A stretch of 63,008 nucleotides of DNA, the filler included, from Octopus bimaculoides (Eukaryota), in assembly GCF_001194135.2 (NCBI RefSeq). It is 6 parts of 6 records of this genome, joined end to end, with 100 filler letters (N's around TTAATTAATTAA, not from the genome) between each part and the next. Parts side by side here need not be neighbours in the genome. Positions count along the whole stretch, not along the records: positions 22,051 to 28,933 come from NC_068990.1; positions 29,034 to 55,537 come from NC_068987.1; 4 more parts are not named here. One strand, 5' to 3'. A program made the position numbers and the translations under genes. Under the pieces are notes generated by a model. That model saw nothing but the letters and a program-made list of their open reading frames with translations, had not been told where the DNA came from and searched no databases. Positions 25,882 to 37,427 of the stretch are shown here, piece by piece (positions within the stretch are counted from its first letter, which is position 1; each line of letters starts with the position of its first letter).

Positions 25882-26398
25882 TATATAATATATATATACA
25901 ATATATAAAATATAATATATATAATATANNNNNNNNNNATATAAAGCTGAAGTTGTGTGTCTGTGTGAAGCCTTTTTAAAAGTTTATAGAAATCCACATT
26001 TTCCACTTTTTCGTAAAATTTTTTACATCAATGGAATTTTCTCGATGTGAACTTTCCAGTGCAGTAATTAGATTTTTTAAATTCCGTTTACTTTGTGTGA
26101 TTTAACGGAGATTTGGCTGTTGTTTCTAGCAACTTTTATATTTTTTCCCTTCTACCTGGAACAGCGTTCTTACACACGCGCTCAACAGAGAGAGAAAGTG
26201 ATACATACAACGTCATAGATTAAACTTTCTTCTCAGTATTCTTTATTTTTCATAACATTGATACGTAAAAACACACACAACCACGCACGTAATCTGTGAC
26301 AACAACATACACATTGCTCCCGTTCTCCCCCTCTTCCTCTCTCGCTCTCTCAAACGCATACACGTGCATGTAAACACAATCATTCACGTTCGTCAATG

Positions 26399-26735
26399 TG
26401 GCATAACTACAGAGTTGTACCCACCGACTTTGGAAGGTCATAACTTTCATAAAAATGAATATTTTTTAATGAAATTTTCTATGCATATATTATTTATTAT
26501 GTAGATTCCGAATATACATTTTGGTGAAAGTGTTTTGGGAGGGGGAGGGGGACAATTTTCGGAAATTCCACTTAAATTCCTCTTAGCTTCCAGGAAAATG
26601 AATATTTTTTCGTGAAAGTTTCTACAAATATACCTTCATGCATGTACATTTCGAACATGTAGGAATTTTGAAGGAAACAACTGCAGGTTATTTTTGAGAA
26701 GTGTTCCCCACTCGGTGGTGTTTTGGAGCAAGTCG
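26399..26735. mobile_element. Partial copy of the hAT-like MITE at 48366-49375
   Basis: Starts GTGGCATAACTACAG; matches the reverse complement of 49039-49375. Confidence 0.7.
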
Positions 26736-26977
26736 TCCATATTTGTTTCATTTTTCTCTATTATGTGCGTAAGTGCATCCATAGATTTCTAATGAAGTAA
26801 TAGGCAGTGAAGAGAAGCCCTTATAAGAAAACTTTTAACTACCTCTATTCCTTTCTCCCTCTCTCTCTACCTCTTCCTCTCACGCTCTCTCAAACGCATA
26901 CACGTGCAAGTACACAATCATTCAGTAAAATATAACTTATGTTCGTCAATGTTTTGTAAATATACCACGATTTTCAC

Positions 26978-27153
26978 TAGGGTGTCAGGGTTAGGGTTTA
27001 GGGTTAGTGTTACGGTTACAGTTTTAGGGTCAGGGTTAGGCTTATGGTTAGGGTTACGATTAGTGTTACGGTTACAGTTTTAGGGTCAGGGTTAGGGTTT
27101 AGTGTTAAATGTTAGGGTTAGTGTTAGGATTAGGTTTAGGATTAGGGTTGGGT
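26978..27153 (+). repeat. Degenerate interstitial (TTAGGG)n-like array
   Basis: TTAGGG, TTAGTG, TTACGG and TCAGGG variants; a 37-bp block recurs at 27004-27040 and 27060-27096. Confidence 0.85.
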
Positions 27154-28529
27154 AATCGTGCGGCTGTTAATCTGAAAAATTACAGAAATGTGAAAATACC
27201 GACCCTGCCATCTATTATAACTTTTGTTGTTCTGTTTAATATATACATAGATTATGCCTCCAAAGAAGAGTGTTTACTGGGGAAAGAAAGCAACCGGTTT
27301 AAAATGACAGCAACAGACTCCAGCAATTCACCACATTCCAGAAGCTACTTTGAACATAATGCAAAATGGTGCATCAACATCTTCTGCCCAATCTGATAGA
27401 ATTCTGGCAAAACTGTGTACCAACAGATCGCCAGCAATTGCTTCATCACAAATTGCCGTCCTAGCTCCTGCGAAAAGGGATTACCCTGCTATGTATAATN
27501 NNNNNNNNNNNNNNNNNNNNNNNNNNNNNNNNNNNNNNNNNNNNNNNNNNNNNNNNNNNNNNNNNNNNNNNNNNNNNNNNNNNNNNNNNNNNNNNNNNNN
27601 NNNNNNNNNNNNNNNNNNNNNNNNNNNNNNNNNNNNNNNNNNNNNNNNNNNNNNNNNNNNNNNNNNNNNNNNNNNNNNNNNNNNNNNNNNNNNNNNNNNN
27701 NNNNNNNNNNNNNNNNNNNNNNNNNNNNNNNNNNNNNNNNNNNNNNNNNNNNNNNNNNNNNNNNNNNNNNNNNNNNNNNNNNNNNNNNNNNNNNNNNNNN
27801 NNNNNNNNNNNNNNNNNNNNNNNNNNNNNNNNNNNNNNNNNNNNNNNNNNNNNNNNNNNNNNNNNNNNNNNNNNNNNNNNNNNNNNNNNNNNNNNNNNNN
27901 NNNNNNNNNNNNNNNNNNNNNNNNNNNNNNNNNNNNNNNNNNNNNNNNNNNNNNNNNNNNNNNNNNNNNNNNNNNNNNNNNNNNNNNNNNNNNNNNNNNN
28001 NNNNNNNNNNNNNNNNNNNNNNNNNNNNNNNNNNNNNNNNNNNNNNNNNNNNNNNNNNNNNNNNNNNNNNNNNNNNNNNNNNNNNNNNNNNNNNNNNNNN
28101 NNNNNNNNNNNNNNNNNNNNNNNNNNNNNNNNNNNNNNNNNNNNNNNNNNNNNNNNNNNNNNNNNNNNNNNNNNNNNNNNNNNNNNNNNNNNNNNNNNNN
28201 NNNNNNNNNNNNNNNNNNNNNNNNNNNNNNNNNNNNNNNNNNNNNNNNNNNNNNNNNNNNNNNNNNNNNNNNNNNNNNNATATATATATATATACATACA
28301 TATATATGTTTGTGTGTCTGTGTTTGTCCCCTCACCATCGCTTGACAACCAATGTTGGTTTGGTTATGTCCCTGTAAGTAAACGGTTTGGGAAAAATGAT
28401 ACCGATGGAATAAATACTTGGCTTACAAAGAATAAAACCTGGGGTTGATTTGTTGGACTTAAGGCAGTGCTCCAGCATGGATTCTGTCAAATGACTGAAA
28501 CAAATTAAAGAATAAAAGAATATTTGTAT

Positions 28530-28751
28530 ATTCTTTTATTCCTTTCAGTAATTTTGACTGTGGCCATACTGGAGCACCGCCTTCAGTCGAGCAATTCAAC
28601 CCCAGGGCTTATTCTTTGTAAGCCTTGTACTTATTCTATTGGCCTCTTTTGCTGAACCGCTAAGTTACGGGGGTGCAAACACACCAGCATCGGTTGTCAA
28701 CCGATGTTGGTGGGGGGACACATACACAAACATACATACACACACACATAC

Positions 28752-28786
<35 letters not shown>

Positions 28787-28933
28787 TACGACGGGTTTCT
28801 TTCAGTTTCCGTCTACCAAATCCACTCACAAGGCTTTGGTCGGCCTGAGGCTATAGTAGAAGACATTTGCCCAAGATGCCACACAGTAGGACTGAACCTG
28901 GCACCATGTTGTTGGTTAGCAAGCTACTTACCA
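28530..28933 (-). mobile_element. SINE family A copy, tail-to-tail with a + strand 3' half at ~28280-28520
   Basis: Reverse-complement match to 36737-37149. Confidence 0.8.
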
Positions 28934-29036
28934 NNNNNNNNNNNNNNNNNNNNNNNNNNNNNNNNNNNNNNNNNNNNTTAATTAATTAANNNNNNNNNNN
29001 NNNNNNNNNNNNNNNNNNNNNNNNNNNNNNNNNTGA

Positions 29037-29073
<37 letters not shown>

Positions 29074-29544
29074 GTGCTTCTTTGCAGCTAAGAATTTTTA
29101 ACTCTTATTTCTAGCAATGCAGGTGCTGCCCTGCACTGTCAGTTAGCGACAATTGAATTTTTCCTTTTTGTTTTTATATTGCATATAGCGACCTTTGTTA
29201 TATATATATATATGATATAAATATATTGCTTATGCATAGCGATATTACTAACCTGGTGTTAGAAAGAAGCATTAGTATAATAGAAAATAATAGATTATAA
29301 TAGAAAATCAAATAAATGACAAGAGAACAAGAAGTTACTTAATGAACTTCATTAGCTTACAGTTGTTTCTGCTGTAACATGCAATCCACTTGGGTGTTTG
29401 TGTATCACTCAACTTTGAGTGCATTGCATGTTGTAGAAAAAACAACTGCAAGCTAATGAAGTTCATGGCATCATTTTTTTTGTTACCTTGTCATTTAGTT
29501 AATTATATATATATATTTATTTATTCCAGTTCGTTATTATAATT

Positions 29545-30495
29545 AAGGTGGCGGTGGATTGGCAGAGTCATTACTGTCAGAGAAAATGGTTTGCAGCCGT
29601 ATTTGTTCCAACTCATTACATTCTTAGTTGAAATACCAAGGTCAACTTTGCCTGTCATTCCTTTGGGTGGTGATAAAATGAAATACCAGTCACATACTGG
29701 GGTTGATTTAATTGATTAACTCTCCCCTCAAAATTGCTGGCCTGGTGCCTATTGATTATTATTATTATTAGAGTGGTGAGTTGGCAGAATTGTTAGAGCA
29801 TTGGACAAAATACCTTGCAATATTTCTTCTGGCTCTTTATGTTCTGAGTTCAAACCCTGCCAAAGTCAACTTAACCTTCCTTCCTTCTGGAGTTGATTAG
29901 ATAACGTATCAGTGAAATACTGAAGTCAAATTGATTGTTCTCCTCTCCCTAAAATATTTCTGGTCTTGTTCTTTTGGTGGACCCTTTAAAGTGTTGGACA
30001 AAATGCTTTGCAGTATTTGTTTCAGGCCTTCACATTCTGAGCTCAAAGCCTGCCAAATTTGTCTTTTGTCTTTTTGGGGGTCTGTAAAGTAAAGTGCCAG
30101 TGAAATATCAGAGTTGGTTTAATTGACTAATTTCCTGCCCTAATTTTGAGGCCTTGTGCCAGTGATAGAAATTATTATTTATTTTTTGGGAATTTCATAT
30201 TCTTTACTATTTTAGTATTTAAAAAAAAATTTTTTGGGGAGGGGTGGTTATTATTATTATTATTATTATTATTATAGGGTTGGTGGATGGGCAGAATTGT
30301 AAGAGCAATGGGTAAAAAAATGGTCTTGCAGTATTTTTTTTTTTTCCAGCTCTACATTCTGAGTTCATATCTTGCCGAGGTTAAATTTGCCTTTCGACCT
30401 ATCAAGGTTGATAAAATGAAGCACCCGTCAAGTACTGGAGTCAGTTTGACTAAAACCCTCCCCTCAAACTTGCTGGCTTTGTGCCTAAATTTAGA
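29545..30495 (+). mobile_element. Four head-to-tail decayed copies of SINE family C (Meta/MESC-like core)
   Basis: Repeated GGCAGAAT...TTCTGAGTTCAAA...GTCAACTTTGCCT(T/G)TCAT...GATAAAATGA.GTACCAGT, separated by (ATT)n. Other copies at ~12000-12170, 16905-17075 (-) and 42045-42215. Confidence 0.7.
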
Positions 30496-33400
30496 AACAT
30501 TATTGTTGTGGTATGCAGTAGGTTTTCTTATTGGACTGAATTCGGTCATCCAGTTTCACATCCAAGCTGGAACCGTTTTCATCACTTTATGTCACTACTA
30601 ATGCCACTCTGAAAAAGGCATGAACATCTCTATCTCTCATTCACTTTCTCATAAATCTGAGGCCAACTGGCCACGTTGAAAGAAAATCCCAAACTATTCA
30701 CCCAATATTAAAGCAAATGCTGGGACAAAATATAAAAATTGTCTGCAGATTATATTTATTTTTTAATATAGAAAATAATTTACTTGCCTATATTTTTGAG
30801 ATGTTATTACTAGAAAGGTATATATATTTATTGGACTACTATGCACTATCTTTTGAGGTTTCTAACTACACTACGTTTTCTCTTTTCTTCTTTCTTCACT
30901 CCATCAAATGAAAAATATGTTTGTTGATCATCTACAGGGGATCAACTGCTATTTGTTTTATGAATTCTTTTTGAAAGGGTTCAGTACTCTTTATTTACGT
31001 ATACTAAATACATTAAGATATAATGTTGACATGATTTTATTTCTGAATTTAAATTCTGCTCTTATTTTGAGGTAACTTTTGTATATTAAAATGTGTGAGA
31101 TATGTAGATACAAACATGACCATGTGGTTGAGAAGCTTGCTTCACAATCCTGTATTTTCAGGTTCAGCCCATCTCTGTGGCACTTTTGAATAAGTGTCTA
31201 GTTTGCTCAAGGCTATAGCTTCAATTTGATCAATATCTTACGAATGGAATTTGGACTACAGAAATTGTATGTTTGTGTAGATATATACGTAATGTTTATA
31301 TCTTTTGCCATATTTGGTAGGATGTAAGACTGCACTTTGAAGTCCTCTTGGTTATAAATATTCTCTTGTCTCTCTCTCTCGCTGTCAACAATGCAATGAA
31401 CCAGTGATTAGCCCATTGGAAACCTGTCGCTAATAATACTATGGTTCGCAAATTGCTATATATGTATGTATTCAAAGTTCAGCTTTGTCTGCAATTTATG
31501 AATTATCTCTACCCATTGAGTAATATCAAAAAAACAAAAAAAAACAACTTGGTGTACTTTTGCAAAGAGATTCTCAATTTCTTTTACAGAGTTAAACCAA
31601 ATTTTTTCTGATGATACTTATTGGAGTAGAGGTGCTCTGTGGATTTGTAGAGAGATAAACTGTGTAATTCTGCATCCTATGATGCATTGAGCATTTGACT
31701 GAGTGTGATCTTTTTTTTTTTTCTTTTTAACTGGAGTATACATGTCTATATTTAAAAAGGTGGAGTTTTAGAACTTAAAAGTTTAAGGATAGAGATGAGA
31801 TGGGGTGTGATAATCTAGTATACTTCAAGAAATTACCAAATATGTGGTGTAGAAAGAAACTGAAAAAGGTTTAACAATCCAATAAATTCATACTGGTCTA
31901 GAAACTATTTTTTTTTCTGACAATAATTTGGAAATACTGCTTCTTTTTTTTTTTTAATTTTTCTTCCACAAAGTTATGATTTCAGTGAATTCTAGNNNNN
32001 NNNNNNNNNNNNNNNNNNNNNNNNNNNNNNNNNNNNNNNNNNNNNNNNNNNNNNNNNNNNNNNNNNNNNNNNNNNNNNNNNNNNNNNNNNNNNNNNNNNN
32101 NNNNNNNNNNNNNNNNNNNNNNNNNNNNNNNNNNNNNNNNNNNNNNNNNNNNNNNNNNNNNNNNNNNNNNNNNNNNNNNNNNNNNNNNNNNNNNNNNNNN
32201 NNNNNNNNNNNNNNNNNNNNNNNNNNNNNNNNNNNNNNNNNNNNNNNNNNNNNNNNNNNNNNNNNNNNNNNNNNNNNNNNNNNNNNNNNNNNNNNNNNNN
32301 NNNNNNNNNNNNNNNNNNNNNNNNNNNNNNNNNNNNNNNNNNNNNNNNNNNNNNNNNNNNNNNNNNNNNNNNNNNNNNNNNNNNNNNNNNNNNNNNNNNN
32401 NNNNNNNNNNNNNNNNNNNNNNNNNNNNNNNNNNNNNNNNNNNNNNNNNNNNNNNNNNNNNNNNNNNNNNNNNNNNNNNNNNNNNNNNNNNNNNNNNNNN
32501 NNNNNNNNNNNNNNNNNNNNNNNNNNNNNNNNNNNNNNNNNNNNNNNNNNNNNNNNNNNNNNNNNNNNNNNNNNNNNNNNNNNNNNNNNNNNNNNNNNNN
32601 NNNNNNNNNNNNNNNNNNNNNNNNNNNNNNNNNNNNNNNNNNNNNNNNNNNNNNNNNNNNNNNNNNNNNNNNNNNNNNNNNNNNNNNNNNNNNNNNNNNN
32701 NGTTGGGAGATGTATGAATCAATCTTTTTTTTTTTTTTTTAAAGTATTAGTAGCATGTACTGGAAAATAGTTTGTGCTTTTAGACTGCTCAAGGAGAAGC
32801 CCACATAATAGGCAGCTGTGATTGGATTCAATCAAAACAGCTGCCTCCACTGAACAATGTCTCTGAGGAGTTTTGAGTACACATCTCATCATCTCACGTC
32901 ATTATCACACTTAAGTGGGGGAACTGAATAAAAATGAAGGAAAACAAAAAGCCAGTTATTTACAAAATAGAGTTAATTCCTTAAATTTAGAATATGAAAA
33001 AATAAACATGGAAGCTTTTTTTTTTTTTAATTTTTCTTCCACAAAGTTATGATTTCAGTGAATTCTAGCTTAATTTGTGGAATAGCTTCTATTATGTGAT
33101 ATTTGCTTGGAATTGCCTTAACTGTTAATGGTTTGACCAGAACAGTTGCTTGATAGCGTGCAGTTATCATCATCTTTTAATCAGAAAGAGATGTGATGCT
33201 GACTGGCATGCAAAAACAAAACAAAATAAGTGTTTTGAGGTCACCTAGTTCTGTTCAGTTGTCTCGATTAATTAACCATTAATAGCATGATAATCAGCAA
33301 TACAATTGATTGCTAGTTGTTTTGCCAACTCTAAACAACTCATTGGGATAACAGACTCGCGTTCTTGCAAATTCAAACATATCATTTCATCTTGAGAGAT

Positions 33401-34642
33401 GTTATCAAAACTGAGAATTAAGAAAACGGTTCTTTTGACCAATTTTTAAGTATTTGAGGCTGAGATTTTATTCCATTGCTTCTACTAGTTTCCCAAAGCT
33501 TTGTTGTGAAAGACAAAAACTTGAAACTGAGTAACAACTGCAGAAAGCCTCTGCTTTGAATTATGAATAATAAACTCTTGTACTCTCTCTCATATATAAA
33601 TGAAATCCAAGCCTTGGAAGATTTTAAATCTAGTGTTGACAGTTTGCTGGTTGATTCACCACCATCCTCCTCATTTTAAGTAATAATTCATATCTCCTAA
33701 AGGTTGTCCGTTTGCCTGACACCTTTATCTGCCAACATATTTTAAATAATCCAGTACATTCAGAGTAAAAAAAAAAAAAAATCAATAACAAAAAAATCAA
33801 CATCTACCTATAAAATTCATTTTTGTAAATATTTGTTCACATTACCATCTAATATATAACTTTTTTTTTTTGGAATTGAAGATATGTCATTCTAGAAGTG
33901 TTATATATAAATTGTAAATACATAAATTCATATCATTCTGAATAAATTGAAATGAAAAAAAGAAAAACAAACCAAAAAATATATTGTTATATTTCTCTCT
34001 TTTTTTTTTTAAAATTAAATCATTAAAAAAAAATATATAAATTAAATTTATGTCTTTATACACATACATACACACACAACNNNNNNNNNNNNNNNNNNNN
34101 NNNNNNNNNNNNNNNNNNNNNNNNNNNNNNNNNNNNNNNNNNNNNNNNNNNNNNNNNNNNNNNNNNNNNNNNNNNNNNNNNNNNNNNNNNNNNNNNNNNN
34201 NNNNNNNNNNNNNNNNNNNNNNNNNNNNNNNNNNNNNNNNNNNNNNNNNNNNNNNNNNNNNNNNNNNNNNNNNNNNNNNNNNNNNNNNNNNNNNNNNNNN
34301 NNNNNNNNNNNNNNNNNNNNNNNNNNNNNNNNNNNNNNNNNNNNNNNNNNNNNNNNNNNNNNNNNNNNNNNNNNNNNNNNNNNNNNNNNNNNNNNNNNNN
34401 NAAAAACAGTAACGAAAATACCTTTTGAACTGTCAAGGTATCTCAAAGATTAGGCTTGCTCTGACCTAAAAAGCTCAAGTCAGAATCACATATCTGAGAA
34501 AAAAAATTGCTGTTACACACAAACATTCTAGAAAAAAAAATGTGGTAGTTAATCTCATTGGCTAAGATTCCCCCTCATCAACATGCTACAACCATTAACT
34601 CACAGATAAGGGTTTTTTTTCTTCTTTTCACCTTTTTTATAG

Positions 34643-34710
34643 CTACTACATTGACAGGCCATTCAACATACCTGTCTCTTGTTACCCCTGATGTGTCTCA
34701 TCTACCATAA
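34643..34710 (+). CDS. TSPAN3: Probable last coding exon of the tetraspanin, (x)TTLTGHSTYLSLVTPDVSHLP*
   Basis: Acceptor ccttttttatAG at 34641-42, stop TAA 34708-10, donor GTAAGT at 34723. The Y-L-S-L-V-T tail resembles the TSPAN3 YELLIT YxxL sorting motif. Confidence 0.5.
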
Positions 34711-34798
34711 GCAGATACTGCCGTAAGTACATAAACCAATCTTTTTTTTCTTCTTGGTGCTACAATCTTCTGGAATTGTCTCTAACTTTTTCCTGCAG

Positions 34799-34935
34799 AA
34801 GCTGAAATTGAACATTAACTGCAATGATTTGACCAGCCCGCAGCTTGGGAGATCTTATAATGGCCATAAGTACTGACTTCTCTTCTTCTTCTTCTGAGAC
34901 TCTTAAATGTAATAAAATCCTTAAATTATGGCTTG
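34799..34935 (+). other. Probable non-coding terminal exon (3'UTR) of the tetraspanin
   Basis: 76-nt intron 34723-34798 with CTAAC branch point (34782-86) and ttttcctgcAG; AATAAA at 34911-16. The end coordinate is approximate. Confidence 0.5.
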
Positions 34936-35440
34936 CTTAGTTGGCAGTATGTGCCAGGATTCTGACTCCAGTCTACCAATAGTAAAATAAAAGACTGAGG
35001 AGGCTAAAAAGTTTTGTGCAAATTATTATTCAAGTGCTATTCACATGAATGCATGTGACTTAATGACTAAAGTATTCAGTTCATGATCATAAGGTTGTGA
35101 GTTCAATTCCCAGTGGTGAATCATGCCCTTGAGAAAGACACTTTATTTCTTGTTCCACTCAACTAAGCTGACAAAAATGAGTTGTACCAGTAATTCAAAG
35201 GGGTCAGCCTTATCATATTCTGTATCACACTGAATATCCCTGAGAACTAAGTTAAGGGTATGCATTTTCTGTGGAGTGCTTAGCCATTTGCAAGTCAATT
35301 TCATAAGCAGGGTGTTCGTTTCATTGATGAGATCAACTAGAAAACCCAAAGACCGTAAGTGACAGAGAGCTAGGCCAACAACATGAAAAACGAGCGTGAA
35401 ATTAGTGTTAACATATTTGAAGTACAGAGTACATCTAAAA

Positions 35441-35726
35441 TCAATACTGAAATGGAAAATCGAATAAAATATGTACAAACCATATTTTATTTAAAATCTT
35501 AACCAGGTGTTTTTCTGCCAAGATCTTACAATTAAGTTTGGAAGAGTTGTTTCCCTTGGACAACCTACCGTCCGGCAGCCGATTTCCTTGTTCAGCGAAA
35601 GTGTTTGTTTGCTCATTGACAGTGTTCACTCCCGCCCGCAGCAAGTATATTGCAAATGTGCAGTGAGCTTCCATAAGCAGATAAAATGCATCAATCATCA
35701 AATTGCTGGCACAGAAACTTAAAGTC
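35441..35726 (-). CDS. FANCF: FANCF-like coding exon 8 (terminal), TLSFCASNLMIDAFYLLMEAH...NTVNEQTNTFAEQG...FQY*
   Basis: Acceptor cacattcAG, phase 2 compatible with exon 7, open to TGA at 35441-43. Partial match to the recalled FANCF C-terminus (F..L..A; T...Q...F...G); weak polypyrimidine tract. Confidence 0.5.
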
Positions 35727-35776
35727 CTGAATGTGAATGTTCCATACATGTGTCATTTAATATATATATAAATATA

Positions 35777-36065
35777 TATATTACATACAAAAATAAGAGG
35801 AATGACCAGCAAAAGTGGACTCCTATATGCTAGAAATAGATGCCGAATCATCTAACCACGAAAAAAAAAATATGTTCTCAGTAAACATTTAGCGACACAA
35901 CAGACTGTAAAAGGGCAAGACAAATGAAAAAATACAGTCTGTTGTGTCGCTGAATTTTTACTGAGAACATATTTTTTTTTTCGTGGTTAGATGATTCGGC
36001 ATCTATTTCTAGCATATAGGAGTCCACTTTTGCTGGTCATTCCTCTTATTTTTGTATGTAATATA
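35777..36065. repeat. Near-perfect inverted repeat: 133-bp arms, 23-nt loop
   Basis: 35777-35909 versus 35933-36065, two mismatches seen. Confidence 0.92.
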
Positions 36066-36374
36066 ATCTTAATCTTCGGATTTTTTTAATATGCTAGATC
36101 ACTGGTTTTAATTGATTAATATCAATTTCTACCCTCATTAATAAATTTTATAAATGTATATATATATATATATATGAGAAGGGATGACCACTAAGTGGAG
36201 ATCCATTAAGCTAGAGATCGACCATCTACGGTGAAACCACAAAAGAAAAGAAAATGTACTCTAGGGAAATTTAGCGCACACCAGAACATGAACGAGCAAG
36301 ACAAATGGCACTTAGCAATGGCCACGACTACAATTTCACATTTATAAAATGTACAAAAACAAAACAAAACTTAC

Positions 36375-36533
36375 TGCCAAGTGTAGAGTGAATTGCGTTG
36401 GTCATGGTGGTGGTGGTAGAGAGGTGAAAATTGCTTTGCCCAGTCAATGAGTTGGCGTAAGCAGGTGGAAAACACCGGAAAAGATAGGAGTATCACTTGA
36501 GAGAGTAAATCTTCTGCTACAGACCATATTAAG
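36375..36533 (-). CDS. FANCF: FANCF-like exon 7, LIWSVAEDLLSQVILLSFPVFSTCLRQLIDWAKQFSPLYHHHHDQRNSLYTW
   Basis: Acceptor ctgttttctttgcAG, donor GTAAGT, 159 nt phase 2/2; aligns with the recalled LL..V....P.L...L..L.DW. Confidence 0.85.
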
Positions 36534-36736
36534 CTGCAAAGAAAACAGTAAATCTTCTAGATATTTCCCATCTCCTCATAGAACAGAGGCATCCATCAGT
36601 TTCAGTTTCTGTCTACCGAATCCCCTCACAAGGCTTTGGTCAGCCCAAGGCTATAGTAGAAGACACTTACCCAAACAATGAATAATTTAGTAAAATAACT
36701 TTGTTATTAAAGATGATGTGTGGAACATAAATGAAC

Positions 36737-37149
36737 GGCGCAGGAGTGGCTGTGTGGTAAGTAGCTTGCTTACCAACCACATGGTTCCGGGTTCATTCCC
36801 ACTGGGTGGCAACTTGGGCAAGTATCTTCTACTATAGCCTCGGGCTGACCAAAGCCTTGTGAGTGGATTTGGTAGACGGAAACTGAAAGAAGCCCGTCGT
36901 ATATATGTATATGCATATATATGTATGTGTGTGTATATGTTTGTGTGTCTGTGTTTGTCCCCCCAACATCGCTTGACAACCGATGCTGGTGTGTTTATGT
37001 CCCCGTAACTTAGCGGTTCGGCAAAAGAGACCGATAGAATAAGTACTAGGTATCCAAAGAATAAGTCCTGGGGTCGATTTGTTCGACTAAAGGTGGTGCT
37101 CCAGCATGGCCGCAGTCAAATGACTGAAACAAGTAAAAGAGTAAAAGAG
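36737..37149 (+). mobile_element. Full-length SINE family A with internal (TA/TG)n
   Basis: tRNA A/B-box head, central microsatellite, GGTGCTCCAGCATGGCCGCAG and (GTAAAAGA)n tail. Confidence 0.85.
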
Positions 37150-37256
37150 CTTGATGGAAGGTTCTGCTTTGGATCACTTTAAAAGAGTAAGTTTTTATGA
37201 AACAATGAAGATTGGTCTCAATGGTGAAGGTATCCAAAAAAATCTAAGGAACTAAC

Positions 37257-37399
37257 CTCGGAGGCTTGGACATCATGATATTGTTTTGGACAAATTGTTC
37301 AAGAAACTGATACACTTTTGAATACGAGTCTTTGGAAATGTTCCACAGTGTAGGATTAATGTCAACATCTTTTTTTGTTAGAAAATAAAGAAGAATTTC
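37257..37399 (-). CDS. FANCF: FANCF-like exon 6, EILLYFLTKKDVDINPTLWNISKDSYSKVYQFLEQFVQNNIMMSKPP
   Basis: Acceptor tttttattttgcAG, donor GTTAGT, 143 nt phase 0/2. Confidence 0.8.
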
Positions 37400-37427
37400 C
37401 TGCAAAATAAAAACACACATACATATA

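Noticed and set aside
31944-33068. ~52-bp sequence repeated just before the gap at 31996 and again at 33016-33068
   Set aside because: Likely assembly redundancy near a gap; no further structure.
33060-33155. LICGIASIM*YLLGIALT resembling tetraspanin TM4
   Set aside because: In-frame stop and no matching donor.
34643-34722. Frame YYIDRPFNIPVSCYP-TGA-CVSS: CxxU selenoprotein motif, antizyme-like CCC-UGA frameshift site, or tetraspanin PxSC motif
   Set aside because: The +1 frame stops after 6 codons, the read-through frame stops soon after splicing, and I saw no SECIS. The alternative frame gives a better TSPAN3-like YxxL tail.
36737-36810. tRNA genes
   Set aside because: tRNA-like A/B boxes are SINE heads continuing into SINE bodies; no complete cloverleaf.
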